Shown here piece by piece: positions 32,080 through 46,591 of a stretch of DNA of 59,840 nt. Below the pieces are notes generated by a model. That model had not been told where the DNA came from and made no database searches. It saw only the letters and a program-made list of their open reading frames with translations. The translations under genes and the position numbers were made by a program. Positions within the stretch are counted from its first letter, which is position 1. Each line of letters begins with the position of its first letter. The stretch is from NCBI RefSeq assembly GCF_902713615.1, contig NW_024055461.1, forward strand, positions 932,966 through 992,805, given 5' to 3'. The stretch is from Scyliorhinus canicula (lineage: Eukaryota).

Positions 32080-33600
32080 TTTCAATTAATACTGCACTAG
32101 TACATGTCAATGTTCATATCACACAATCAATGTGATCCTATTTTCAATATACAGGATCTGTCTCTGCAGTTTTGCCTCATCCAGTCCTGAATAGTAATGA
32201 ATAAATAAACAAAAGGCCGGAATATGAGCCTCAATAAAATTCCCCGCTTCAATGATACGGGAGCCCAGCACGTCAGTGCAAAAAACAAGACTGAAAGTTT
32301 CTGCCAGACGTGCCGAGAGGATGATCCATCTCGGCCTCCTCCGGTGGTCTGCATCATCATGGATGTCAGTCTTCAGCAAATTTGATTCACTCCACACGAT
32401 ATCAAGAAACGGCTGACGGCGCTGCTAATGCATTATCCCTGGCAACATTCTAGCAACAATACTGAAGATGTGTGGCCTGGAACTGGCTGCGCCCCAGACA
32501 AGTTGTTCCAGTGCAGATATAGCACTGACATGTACCCAACAATGTGTAACATTGCCAAACATGACACGTCCACATAAGGCAGGAAAAATCCAACCCAGCC
32601 AATTATTGGCCCATCAGTCCGCATTCGATCATCAGCAACTTCATGAAAAGTGTCAAGGAGCATCCTGCCACGCATAGTATCCTAGCATAGTGCCCTGGGC
32701 CCTTCATCATAAGGTCAGAATTGGGGTTGCTCGTTGCTGATTACCCAATGTTCTGCACCATATTCGATTCCTCAAATACTGAAGCAGTCTGTCTTCATAA
32801 ACAGTAAGACTTGGACAACATTCAAGCTTGGGCTGACAAGTGTCAGGCAATGACCATCCATAAAATAGCGATGCTAACCAACTCCCCTTGATTTTAAATG
32901 ACACTACCTTGATAGAACCCCCCACCATCATTAGCATTGATGACGAACTGAACTGGAAGAACCATTTAAATAATGTGGCTACAAGAGCAGGTCAGTGGCT
33001 GGAAATTTTGCGGTGAGTTTCTCATCTCCTGACTTCTCAACCCCTACTCACCATCTAGAAGGCAGAAGTCAGGAGTTTAACTGAATATTCTCCATTTGTC
33101 TGAAGTGCGCCCCTCAAGCAACACTCGAGAATCTCGACGCCATCCGGGACAAAGCGGCCGACTCGAGGAACAACCCATCCACCAGCTGAAATATTCACTC
33201 CCTGCATCACATGTGTACAATTCTAGCAGCGTGAGCGATATAGAAGAATGTACTGCAGCGACTGCCTCCTTCTATACCACCTTCCAAACCCACGAACTCA
33301 GACATTTAAAAGGACCAGACCCGACAGACGTATTGTAACAGCAGGACCTGCAAGTTCTCCGACAAGCCTCACACCATCTTCATATATATCATAGAATTTG
33401 CAGTGCAGAAGATGGGAACTATATCTCTGTTCCCTCACTGTCACTGGTCAAAATCCTGGAACTCCCTTCCTATCAGCTCTGTGAGTGGACTTACTCAGTA
33501 TGGAATGCAATGGTTCAATAAGCGGGTTCAACACCACATTCTCAAGGGCAATTAGGAATTGGCATAAAATGCTGACGTTACTGGTGACACCAAGATGCCA
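32080..33600 (+). mobile_element. Old CR1/L2-type LINE, decayed RT and 3' end
   Basis: gatatcaagaaacggctg, acaacattcaagcttgggctgacaagtg, and 3' end caccacattctcaagggcaattagg. Confidence 0.65.
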
Positions 33601-34134
33601 TTAAATCATTTTAAACATATCTCTCAGCTTACAGTCACCTAAGCCCAGCCTCTGTTTACATTCCACTCGTCATGTCTCTATCACATTGCAACAGGTCCTG
33701 TCTCAGTTTCCCTGCACTCGGCTGAATATCAGTTGTTAATATACAGGCCCACGCCCTGTTTATATTACAAAGCATTAATAATAACTGCACTGAATCATAT
33801 CTCGGTTAGTCTGGCACGAAACACGTCACAATGGTTACAGCATCAGAACGTTTATCTGTGCACCGTAACTGGAACAACATTCTGTTTGCATCACGTGGTT
33901 CGGTCTCAGTTATTACTCTACTAGATAGTTAGATTCTAATAAACTCAATGCTGTAATTTTACACCTGTCCATGCCCCTGTTTATATAACACTAGTCCCTG
34001 CCCCCGTTATTCTTGTGTTGTAAGATATCCCTCTTATTGCTGCATTGATCATGTCTCAATTTGGATCAGTCGACACTCCGCTAGACCAGAACTCAATTTA
34101 TATTGCACTAGACCCAGTCTCTGATTATGTTATC

Positions 34135-34440
34135 GGCGGCACGGTGGCACAGTGGTTAGCACTGCTGCCACATAGCTCCAGGGTTCAATTATTGACGATC
34201 GGTGTGGAGTTTGCACTTTCTCCCTGTGTCTGAGTGGCTTTCCTCCGGATGCTCCTGTTTCCTCCCATAATCCAAAAATATGTAGGTTAGGTGTATTGGC
34301 CATTCTAAATTGCCCCTTAGTGTCCAGGGATGCGCAGGTCATGTTGCAAGGGCAGGGGATTGGGGAAGGTGTTCTTTCAGAGGTCGGTGCAGATGCTGTG
34401 GGCCGAGTGACGTTCTGCCCTGTAGGGATTCTATATTTGA
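34135..34440 (+). mobile_element. HE1-like SINE
   Basis: ggcggcacggtggcacagtggttagcactgctgcc head plus core. Confidence 0.85.
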
Positions 34441-35689
34441 TCCTGAATCTGCCTATTTTTTCCGAGACCTGCTCACTTTTATTACTGCACCAGATGATAC
34501 CTCTATTTTGAATTGTGGGGGCATTATTCCACATGTCTTTGAGATGGAAAGATAATATAATAAATAGATATTTTGGACAAAAAATCAGTATATGGCAACA
34601 GCCTGAAACGGGATGTATAGTGTACACAGTGTGTGCTATGCAACATTTGATATTCATTTTCAGTGCAGTCAACAGAAATAGATTTCAGTTGGCATTACGT
34701 CGTTGCCAGTACCCAAGACCAATTCCTACCCCAGAGAGCTGTATGTTTGGGAGGATGCAGAGTATTGTGTTCCCATGTGCTTGTTGTCCTTGTGATTCTC
34801 GGAGGTCTCGGGTATGGAAGGTGCTGTTGAAGAATTCTTGGCGAGTTTCTGCAGTGCATCCCGTCGATGTTACACAATGCAGCTACTGTGTGCCTGCTGT
34901 GAAGAGAATGAATGTTGCTGCAACATTAGCTTCTGTCTCAGTTATTTATCTAATGGTCCTTTGTTTATGTTACACAATTATAACTATTCCATTCCCTTAG
35001 TTTATTGCACTAGGCCCAGGCAATAGAAGTTCAGTTGTTCAATTTGAAGTGGCTGCAAGAAGATCAGGGAGATCTGCGCTTGTATGTAGATGCGTCTAGG
35101 GTGCTGACAAGACAGACTATGACGTTTATCTGGACATAGATCAGCATTGCTTGCTGAAGAGTTTTAGACTATCACTTTTCCCTCAGTTTTTAAAAAATCT
35201 TCACCATTTCCAGCTCAGCTACTTTCCAAATTATTGTGCATGGTCGACCGCAGCAATTACTGAGGTCGGGTCCAATGTAATATGAACAGAGATATGGTCC
35301 AGGGCAGAACTGAGGCTGTATCTAATGTAATACAGAGACAGGTTTAAATTAATAGAAACAGAGTCAGGTTCTAGGTTAATGTAAAGAGAGACAAACTGGG
35401 TCCATAACTCCATAACATACAGGAGCAGAATTAGGCCATTCGACCCATCGTGACTGCTCCGCCATTAAATCATGGCCAATATGTTCCTAATCTCCATTCT
35501 CCTGCCTTCTCCCAATAACTCCTGAACGCCTTATTGATCAAGACATGTCCTCTAATTGGTGGCCTAGTTTAATATGAACAAAGAGAAATAGGTCCTTATT
35601 TAATATAAACTGAAACAGGTACAAGGTAGTATAATATACACAGAGACGGACTCACGGCCTGGTTCAATACAGAGCCAGCGAGAACTGTC

Positions 35690-36230
35690 CCTTCAAACAC
35701 TCGCAGGACAGGTGCATCACAGGTTGGTGACAAAGAGAAACTCCCTCACACTGTCCCCATCAAACATTCTCAGAGCAGCTGCAGACTGTTTAGATATAGA
35801 ATTAAATTCCCTCTAAATAACTCGCTCAAACACATTAACTGCCTGGAAACCAAGAGTTCGATACCACGCAAAACCTCTTCTGCACTCTTCCTTCAGAGAT
35901 CCCCAAGATAGGTTGACAGTGGGGTTAGTTACTGGGTAAAGAAACCTCTGCATTTCCCCATCAAACTCACCCAGGTCAGGTACAGCACAGTTCAGACACG
36001 GAGTAAATCTCCCTGTGCACAGTCATGTCAAAAACTCACAGGGCAGGTTCAGTGCAGGTTACATGCAAGTAAAGCTTGCTCTACACTGTTCAGTCAAATG
36101 CTCCAATATCCTGGCAGCTTGATTAAGTGCAAGGAAAGATTCTTCGGCCATGCCACATCAAATCCTCAACCACCATGTGCATCCCAAATCAGATATAGAG
36201 GAAAATTGTCTCTACAGTTCTCATTAAACA
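35690..36230. repeat. Degenerate tandem repeat (aaacactcccaggacaggtacagcac-type); second patch at ~50450-50850
   Basis: Recurrent caggtacagcac...gagtaaa...ccct...cactgtccccatcaaac units. Confidence 0.6.
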
Positions 36231-37744
36231 CTCCAAGGTCATTGAATGCTTCAACCTCATTTTAGCGTAAATCAGATTCGATCCATTTAGTTGGAAGCCA
36301 ACGGGGTGAGTTCGGGCTGAGAGGCCTGGTTTAGCTCAGTGGGCTAGACAGCTGGTAAGTGATGCAGAACAAGACCAGCAGCGCAGGTTCATATTCCCGT
36401 TCCAGCTTACCTAAACGAGGCGCCGGAATGTGGCGACTCGGAGCTTTTCACAATAAAATTGTTATTAGTGTTGGCCACATATCGATTAAAGACAATGACC
36501 CTTCATGGAGAGACATGCGATAAACCAGTTATGAGAAAGGCAGAGAGAGAGATAGGATACAGGAAAATTCTACTAACCCACTTGGCATGTCCTTATATTT
36601 AGAGATTGGAGGGAATCTTTCCTAATTATGAACATGGGTAGCATAATGACATTTTTCTCATATAACCGATGAATAAAAAAATGTTGAAAAACAAACGTTT
36701 TTCAAAAAACAAACGAATCCGTTGATCTATTTGCAATTTTGGCTCTATTTCTGTGCTGTGTTGGTGGGGAAACATTTGTTTTGCTTTTCTCAGTCCGCAA
36801 TCTAATCTGGAACTTCTATTTCTGAGTTTATTTACATAAACACCTCACTGGTCACAATGAAATGTTCATGTCAGCAAAACGAGATAAACACAGTCACTTA
36901 TTGATTAGTTTCAACTCAAAATAGCGGTTTATTTTAAGAATATTGACAGTTGGTTAAATGAATAGAACAGATGTTACTTAATTGAAATAAAACATACTTT
37001 AAATTAAGTATTCATTCTCAAAGTTCTGATACCTCAATTAATAAAGCATCTTTAACCAGCTACTTTTCCACTGAATGTTAAATTGACTGAAATATTAACC
37101 GATTTAAAGTAAATAAATTGAAACATCAGGCAGAGGATTGATCTGTAGTCACATCAATCTCAGATCTTGCGAAATATCACAACCTGCATTTAAAAATGTT
37201 AACATTTGGAAAGAGCTTGATTTTGTAAAACACTTTACCCGACCTCAGGTCACCCCAACGCCCTTAAAACTTACTGATATATTTTTGCTGAATTTAGTTA
37301 CTGCTCTAATGTTGGAAACAGAGCAGGGAATTTGTGCACAGCAAGCTCCCACAAACTGAGATGTGATAAGTGACCAGCTAATCTGTGATTTTAGATGAAG
37401 AACGGACATTGGTCCAAGATACAGGGAAAAACAGCTCTGCTCTTTAGAATTATATCAGTGAGGTAATCCACCTGAAATGTGAATCTGTTTCTCTCTCTGC
37501 TGATGCTCACTGACCTGCTGAGCAGCCTTTTTTGTTGGTTTTGTTTTAGATTTCCAGAACCTGCAGCACTTTGCACAGCTTTGGATTCATTCCCGCACAT
37601 AGCCATCAGTGACAAAGTCAGCATTAACTATCCATCGGGATGGACAAGTGAACCACCTGTTTAATAAGGTGCACTTCGAGCGATTTTATTGACATTTGAC
37701 TTTCTGCAGCATGACTTGCTTGCTCGGCAATATCGGAGATAGTT

Positions 37745-37941
37745 TTTTTTAAATTAAAATTAATATCCAATTCATTTTTTCCAATTAAGGGGCAATTTAA
37801 CGTGGCCAATCCACCTAACCTGCACATCTTTGGGTTGTGGGGGTGAAACCCACGCAGACACGGGGAGAATGGCCGGGATTCAGAACCCGGGTCCTCAGCG
37901 CCGTAGGCAGCAATGCTAACCACTGTGCCACCGTGCCGCCC
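37745..37941 (-). mobile_element. HE1-like SINE, short subfamily (copy A only)
   Basis: Flanked by atcggagatagtt / atcagagacagtt; empty site in copy B near 43945. Confidence 0.9.
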
Positions 37942-40194
37942 TTATCAGAGACAGTTAACAGTCAACCTCTTCATTGCTGAACTAGAGTCACATATGGGCC
38001 AGACAGAGTAAGGAAGGAAGCTTTCTTCTCCTGAAGGACGTTGCTGAACCTGCTGGGCGTTGCGAAAGTTCGATAGCTTCATAAGTATTATAAATGACAC
38101 GTCGATTTTTTTTCTGATTGATTACGTCATTCAATTGAAAGTATCTACAGCTGCCATAAAACCATAAGATCGAGGAGCAGAAATTGGCCATTCGGCCCAT
38201 GGAATCTGATCTGCCATTCAATGAGTTCGTGGCAAATCTGGTAAAATCCTCAACTCCACATTTCCACGTCATCCCCATAACCCTTGATTCCCTTACTGAT
38301 GAAAAATCTGTCTGTCTGAGCCTTGAACATATTTATTGACCAGGCCAACTCTCTATGGTAAAGAATTCTAGAGAATCACTACCCTCTGAGAGAAGAAATT
38401 CCTCCACATCCGCGTCTGAAATGAGTGGCACCTTACACTGAGATTGTGCCCTATGGTCCTAGACCCTCCCACAAGCCGAAACAACCTTTAACATCTACAC
38501 TGTCAAGTGCCCTGAAAACTATAAATCTCAGTAACTTCGCCTCTCATTCTTCTAAATTCCAATGCGTGTAGTCCTAACCTACTTAAGCTCTCCTCATGTC
38601 AGTCTCTGTGGTGCAATTGGTCAGCGTGTTTGGCTGTTTACCGCAAGGTCTGTGATTCAAGGCCGGATTCTTCTTTATTTGCTGACAGAGTACCGATTGG
38701 CCGAAGAGCCTCTGTCTGTGCTGTGAAATGCTACCTACCTTTGAAAATCCCTCCATACTCGGGAATAACCTAAAAAGCCTTCTCAGGATTGCCCCCAAAT
38801 ATCTATCTTTACATAAGGAGACCAAAACCGTTCACAGCATTGCAATCTGCCCTGGTGGAATTTGAACTCCTGTGTCTGGAGTGTTCAGGCCTCCAGGTTG
38901 CCAGTTTTGTAATAATCTTGCGAAACTACCCCTAAGACTGAAACAATCACATCTCAAAGATGGAACAACTGAACATAACATGCTCCTCCTGCATTGGATC
39001 ACAGGTCTGGATCATGGGCTCAGGTACCTGTTGTGGGAGGTGATATGGATTCCACTGAGACAAGACTGTTAACCTATTATGGTTTGTATTTTGACATTCT
39101 GTCATATTGCTCAGTGTATCTAAAGTTCAAACTCTGGGTCCATTCTTACTTGGGTCAATTTAATTTTCAGAGGCTGGTCTTTTATTCGTCTTGGTCTTAT
39201 TCGGACACAATGGTAATGGTGAATGGGAATTCCACTGGATCCGTATAAAATATCAGTTACTCCAAAAATAGCATCTGAATGCAAGCAAGGCAGAAACATA
39301 TGTACAACCTGATCTTCTCACTGCATCAGCTGCACGGTCAGAGCGGTTGGAAGCTGGGGTTGTTTTCCTTATAACCCAGCAGGTTATGGGGAGGCCTGGT
39401 GAAAAAGGTCAAAATCGGAATGGTTTTGTTTGATTAGTTAGGAAGAAACTTAATTCACTGGAAGAAGGGTCAGAAAATAGAGAACTCTGATTAATGAGAT
39501 ATTAATTCATTTTCCGCTCTGATTATAAAGCGATCAAATTGCAACAGGTCTAGACAGGGCGGATGCAGAAAGGATGGTCCCGATGGCTGGCAAAGCTAGA
39601 ACAAGGTGTCACAGTCTAAGGATACGGGTAAACCATTTAGGACTGAGATGAGGAGCAATGTGTTCACCCTGAGATTTGTGAATCTGTGAATTCTATACAA
39701 CAGAACGAAGTTGAGTCCAAAGTAGTCTATGTTTTCAAGAAGGCGTTAGATAAAGCTCTTGGGAAATCAAAGCTATAAAGGGACCAAATGACAGGGGGGA
39801 AAGTGGAAATAGGTTACTGATGTGGATGATCAGCCATGATCATAATGAATAGCGGAGCAGGCTCGAAGGACAGAATGGTCCACTCCTGCTCCATTTTCTA
39901 TGTCACTGTATTACGTCAAATCTGTTTCTTCTCAAGTTGAATGAGACTCTGCCTTTATTTATATTAAAGTAAATCCTGTCCCTGTCTATACTACACTGTA
40001 CTGTTTGTGCCACACTCAATTAATATTACACTAAACAATGCATATTATTATATTACATTAAGTTCCACCTCTTTTATATTCCACTGGAATGTGTCTCTTT
40101 ACATCACACCAAGGCTAGCCTCTGTTAATATTATACCGGACCATGTTCCTGTTGTCTGTCTCGATATTATAAATTATTTTATATATTTGCTTGT

Positions 40195-41010
40195 TGAGAC
40201 TCGTGGTGTACCGCAGGGACCAGTGGTGGGACCTTTGATGTTGGTAGTATATATAAATTATTTTGAGGAAAATGTAACTGATCTGATTAGTAAGTTTACG
40301 GACAACACAAAGGTTGGTAGGGCGAAAGAGAAAATGTTGGAAAATTTCAGCAGGTCTGGCAGCATCTGTAGGGAGAGAAAAGTGCTGACGTTTCTAGTCC
40401 AATGAATCTCTCTCACACAAAGGTTGGTGGAATTGCAGATAGCGATGAGGACTGTCAGAGGACATAGCAGGATTTAGATCGTTTGGAGACTTGGGTGGAG
40501 AGATGGCAGATGGAGTTTAATCCGGACAAATGTGAGGTCATGCATTATGAAAGGTTTAATACAGGTGGAAAATATACAGTGAATGGTAGAACCCTCAAGA
40601 GTATTGACAGTCAGAGAGACCTAGGTGTACACGTTCACAGGTCACTGAAAGGGGCAATATTGGTGGAGAAGGCAGTCAAGAAGGCATACGGCATGCTTGC
40701 CTTCATTGGTCGGAGAATAGTGCTTAAAAATTGGCAAGTCATGTTGCAGATGTATAGAACCTTAGTTAGGCCACACTTGGAGTATAGTGTTCAATTCTGG
40801 TCGCCACACTACCAGAAGGATGTGGAGGCGTTTGAGAGTGTGCAGAAGAGGTTTACCGGAATGTTGCCTGGTATGGAGGGCATTAGCTACGAGAAGAGGT
40901 TGAATAAACTTGGTTTGTTCTCACTGGAACGACGGAGGATGAGCGGCTACCTGATAGAGGTCTACAAAATTATGAGGAGCATAGGCAGAGTGGATCGTCA
41001 GAACCTGATG
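40195..41010 (+). mobile_element. CR1 RT fragment (copy A only) with a 96-bp insertion
   Basis: GVPQGPVVGPLMLVVYIN and ORF 40483-41025 with LVRPHLEYSVQFWSP. Confidence 0.9.
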
Positions 41011-41589
41011 CACTGGCAGTGTTAGACAGAACCGTGTCTCACAGTATCACCAGATTGGCACCCACAGGATAAATGTCTGGACAATCATAGAGCTCTCATC
41101 TGGTTAAGGAGAGCAATTGAAATCACTGCAAAAACGTATTGACCGTTCGTGTCGGTGTGGAAAAAACATTGTTCAAAATGTTTGCAACTGTAATCAATCA
41201 AGACGTAATGCTATCTTCGGAATTAATTGTTTCACTTTGCCATGTCTTCATGCGTCTCGGCCCTAAGCTCTGGTACGCATTCCACACTCCTCTTTACCTC
41301 AATTCCCTTAATAAAAATCATCCCATATAACTTGCCTCGTCGACCAAGTTTTCAATCATCTGACCTAATAACTCTTTAGACATATATTAATCCAGACCCT
41401 GCAGCAGGAATGACCGAAATAGACCCTACCTCAGTTTAGACTATTCCAGACTCTGAATCAATGGTCACTGCTCGACATCCTATATCATTTAAGGTGAATC
41501 AAACTTTGTATCAGTAATTTCCGCACTAGAACCTGTCTCCGTTTATGTTAGTGTGGACTCTGTATCAGTAATCACTGCACTAGATCCAA

Positions 41590-41870
41590 TCTCAGTGGCA
41601 CTGTTGCTTCACAGCGCCGTGGTCCCAGGTTTGATTCCTGACTTGGGTCACTGTGCGGAGTCTGCACGTTCTCCCTGTGTTCTGTGTGGGTTTCCTCCTG
41701 GTGTTATGGTTTCCTCCCACGTGCCCCGAATGACGTGCTGTTAGGTAACTTTGACTTTCTGAGTTCTCCCTCTGTGTACCCGAACAGGCGCCTGAATGCT
41801 GCGACGAGTAGCTTTTGACAGTAGCTTAATTGCAGTGTTAATGTAAGCCTACTTGTGGCAATAAAGGTTT
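41590..41870 (+). mobile_element. SINE with HE1-like body and second-family tail
   Basis: cacagcgccgtggtcccaggtttgattcc...ggtcactgtgcggagtctgcacgttctccc...aacaggcgcc...caataaag. Confidence 0.75.
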
Positions 41871-42117
41871 TTGGATTAGTTTAGGTTAATCTCCACCCTG
41901 TATGAGTGATAATCGTTTTAGACCTTGTCATAGAGCCATGGAGTCTTAGAGGTTTACAATACAGAATGACGCCCTTCCATCCATCGTATCGGCGATGGCA
42001 ATCAAGCACCTATCTATTCTAAGATCGTCCACAGATGGGCTTCGTACCATAAAACCATAAGACACATGAGCAGAACTAGACCATTAGGCCCATCGAGTGT
42101 GCTCCTCATTCAATCAT

Positions 42118-42336
42118 TTTTAAAAATAAAGTTAGAGTCAGCAATTCATTTTTTCCAATGAAGGGGCAACTTAGCGTGGCCAATCCACCTACCCTGCACA
42201 TCTTTTGGGTTGTGGCGGCGAAACCCGCGCAAACACGGGGAGAATGTGCAAACTCCACACGGACAGTGACCCAGGGACAGGATCGACCTCGGCACTGTGA
42301 GGCAGCTATGCTAACCACTGCGCCACCGTGCTGCCC
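42118..42336 (-). mobile_element. HE1-like SINE with 16-bp TSD
   Basis: TSD ctcctcattcaatcat at 42102-42117 and 42337-42352. Confidence 0.93.
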
Positions 42337-44564
42337 CTCCTCATTCAATCATGACTGTTATGTTTCTAATCGCCCATCTCCTGTTATCTCCCCATACCCC
42401 TGATCCCCTTATTAATCAAGAAACTATCTATGTCTCTCAGACTGGTTATATATAGGGAAAGATCATTCGGCATTGCCACATCAAATCCTCACCACTCTGT
42501 GCAGCTCAGGTTAGATACAGAGTAAAATTTTCTCTACAGTTCTGATTAAACACAACAAGGTAATTGAATGCTCCAACCACATTTTAGAAGAAAACTCTCT
42601 CTATGTATTCCAATTCATTGGATTAGATCCATTTAGTTGGAAGCCAATGGGGTGTGATCGGGCTGAGAGAATATATTGGGCACATGTTGACTTCAATTTG
42701 TCGATTACAAACAATGACCCATCATGGTGAGGCATGAGACAGAACCAATTGGGAGAAAGACACAGATATCAGATACATGAAAACTCTACGAACACATTTG
42801 GCATGTCATAATATTCGAGATTAAAGGGAAACTTTCCTCATTCTGAACATAGATATCATGATGACATTTTTCTCATATAACTGATGAAGAAATAAATGTC
42901 CAAAAACAATTACTGCTTGAATCCGTTAATCTATTTACATCTTCATCTCTATTTCTGTGCTGTGTTGGCAGGGAAATAGTTGTTTTGTTTTTGTCAGTCT
43001 GCAATCTAAACGGGGCCTTCTATTTCTGTGTTTATTTACATAAACACCTCACTGGCACAATGTCAGCAAAACGAGATAAACACAGCCACCTATTGATTAG
43101 TTTCAACTCAAAATAGCCGGTTATTTTAAGAATATTAACAGTCTATTAAAATGTATAGAACCCTCCATTAGAACAGATGTTACTTAATTGAATTAAAGAA
43201 TACAGTTGAATTAAGTATTAATTCTGAAAGTTCTGATGTCTCAATTAATAAAGCATCTTTAACCAGGCTGTTATTCCACTGAATGCTAATTTGATTGAAA
43301 TATTAACCGATTTAAAGTAGATAAATTAAAACATCAGGCAGAGGAGTGATCTATAGTCACATTAATCTCAGATCTTTCAAAATCTTACAACCTGCATTTT
43401 AAAATGTTAGCTTGCTTTTGTGAAACGCTTTACCCGACCTCAGGTCATCCCAACGCCCTGAAAACTCACTGATATATTTTTGCTGCATTTAGTCACTGCT
43501 GTAATGTTGGAAACATAGCAGGGAATTTGTGCACAGCAAGATCCCACAACCTGAAATGTGATCAGTGACCAACCAATCTGTGATTTATGTTCAAGAACGG
43601 ACATTGGTCGAGGATACTGGGAAAATCAGCTCTACTCTTTAGAATTATGTAAATGAGGCAATCCACTAGAAATGTGAATCTGTTTCTCTCTCTGCTGATG
43701 CTCACTGACCTGCTGAGCAGCCTTTTTAATGTTGTTTTTGTTTTAGATTTCCGGATTCTGCAGCACTTTGCACTATTTTTAACATTCATTCCCGGCCTAT
43801 GACCCTCACTGACAAAGGCAGCATTAACTGTCCATCCTGTGAAGCCGGATGAGAACCACCTTTTAGATAAGGTGCACTTTGCACAGTTGAATTCACATTT
43901 GACTTTATGTAGCAGATTCTCTTCGACTGACTGGCTTGCTCGGTAATATCAGAGGTAGTTAAGCGTCAACCACATCATTGCTGAACTAATTACACATAGG
44001 CTAGACAGGGGAAGGCGGGAAGATTTATTTTCCTGAAGGACATTGGTGAACCTGCTGAGCTTTGGGAAATTTCAAGAGCTTCATGAGTATTATGAATGAC
44101 ACGACGGTTTTTATTGCTAATTTATTAATTCATTCAATTATAAAACCATAAGATGTAGGAACAGAAGTTGGCCATTCGACCCATGTACCTTCTCTGGACG
44201 GCCTCCAAAATATCTATCCTTAGGTAAGGAGACCAAAACTGCTCACATCATTGCAAAATGCCCTGGTGGAATTTGTACTGCCTCTGGAGTAATAGTCCAG
44301 TCCTCCAGATTACCAGTCCAGCAACAATATTGCGAAGTAGCCCTAAGGCTGTAATAAAATCACATCTAAAAGATGAACAACTGAAAGATAAAATACTCCT
44401 CCATTGGATCACAGGCTGTCGTGAGAGGTGATATTGATTCGCATTTTGACATTACATTCTGAGATATTGCTCAGTGTATCTAAAGTTCTAATTCTGGGTG
44501 CAGCCTTACATGGGTCAATTTAATTTTCAGAGGCTAGTCTTTTATTAGTCTTGTGACTTATTCT

Positions 44565-44785
44565 TTTATAAATTTAAAGTACCCAATTATTTTTTCCCAA
44601 TTAAGGGGCAATTTAGCGTGGCCAATCCACCTACGCTGCACATCTTTGGGTTGTGGGGGCGAAACCCACGCAAACACGGGGAGAATGTGCAAACTCCACA
44701 CGCTCAGGGACCCAAAGCCGGGATCGAACCTGGGACCTCGGCGCCGTGAGGCAGCAGTGCTAACAACTGCACCACCGTGCTGCAC
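44565..44785 (-). mobile_element. HE1-like SINE (copy B only)
   Basis: ccaattaaggggcaatttagcgtggcc...caccgtgctgc; absent from copy A near 39190. Confidence 0.9.
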
Positions 44786-46104
44786 CCGTCTTACATCTTA
44801 TTCTAACACGATGGTATTGGTGAATGGGAATTCCACTGGCTCCATATAAAATGTCAGTAATTCCAAGAATAGCATCTGAATACAAGCAAGGCATAAAAAT
44901 ATATACAACTGGGTCTTTACACTGTATGAGCTGCACGGTCAGAGCGGTTGGAAGCTTGGATTCTTTTCCTTAGAATCGAGCAGGTTATGGGATGCGTGTA
45001 AAAATGGTCAAAATTATGAAGGGTTTTGTTTGATTAATTAGGAAGAAACTTGATTCACTGGCAGGAGGGTCAGAAAACAGAAGACACTAATTTATGAAAT
45101 ATTAAATCCACCCTCTGATTATAAACCGATCAAATTGTAACAGGACGAGACAGGGCGGATGCAGAAAGGATGTGTCCGATGGCGGGGAAGGTAGAACCAG
45201 GGGTCACAGTCTAAGGATACGGTTTAAACCATTTAAAACTGAGATAAGGAGTAATATCTTCACCCTGGGAGTTGTGAACCTGTGGAATTCTCTACCACAG
45301 AGCGAAGTTGACTCCAAAGTATTGTATGTTTTCAAGAAGGAGTTAGATAAAGCTCTTGGGGATCAAAACTCTGACGGAACCAAATGATATGGGGGATAAT
45401 GGGAACAGGTTATTTAGGTGGATGATCAGCCATGATCAGAATGAATAGCGGTGCAGGCTCGAAGGGCAGAATGGTCCACTCCTGCTCTATTTTCTATGCA
45501 CTGTATTACATCAAATCTGTTTATTCTGATGTTACATGAGACCCTGTCTTTATTTCTATTAATGTAATCCCTGTCCCTGTCTATACTACACTACTGTTTG
45601 TGCTACCCTCAGTTAATAATATGCTAGAACATGCATAGGATTATATTACATTAAATTCTGTCTCTATTATATTTCACAGGAATTTGTTTCTTTACATCAC
45701 ACCAGGGCCTGTCTCTGTTGATATTACACCGGACCATGTTCCTGTTGTCTCTCGATATTTTCAATGATTGTACATGTTTGCTTGTTTCTCCAAGTACAAT
45801 CATCGTTGATTTTGAGATTATGTTAATTCCTGTTAATATCTATAAGCAGTTGTATTAAATGTGTATTTGCTCTGCTATCATGTGGGCAATACTGAGTTGA
45901 ATATTTTACCAACATCCCAGTAATGAACTGGTCTTGGGAGACATGTCTACATGTGAACACCGGTGCACAGCTATTTCCAAAATTTAGAGGAAATCTCTGT
46001 TTTGTTCAAAATTATTAATTTACTTTTGTGTTATACTCTATCGATTGGAAAGTTTTTTTTCACGATGGTGAATATTTTCATGCCTCGATTTATATTAACC
46101 AATC

Positions 46105-46275
46105 ACCTGTTCGAATCCCGGGCCTGGGTCACTATCCATGTGGATTTTGCACATTCTCCCCGTATCTGCGTGGGTTTCACCCCCACAACCCAAAGACATG
46201 CAGGGTAGGAGGATTGGCCACGCTAAATTGCCCCTTAACTGGAAAAAATAATTGGCTACTCTAAATTTATTTTAA
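46105..46275 (+). mobile_element. HE1-like SINE, 5'-truncated
   Basis: gttcgaatcccgggcctgggtcac...attggccacgctaaattgcccctta. Confidence 0.8.
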
Positions 46276-46591
46276 AACTATATTAACCCATCACCTAATG
46301 CACTGGCAGAGTTAGACATAACCGTGTTCTCACAGTATCGCCACGATGGTAATGGTGGGCACTCATAGGAGAAATGTCCACCCAATCATACAACACTCAT
46401 CTGGTTAAGAAGATCAACTAAAATCGCTGCAAAAACGTATTGACCGTTCGTGTAGGTGTGCATATGAAACATTTTTCTTATTTTTTGCAACTCCAATCGA
46501 TCAAGATGTAATGTTATCTTCTGAATTATTTGGTTCACTTTTCGATGTCTTCATATGTCTCTGTCCTAAGCTCTGGTATTCATTCCCTACT

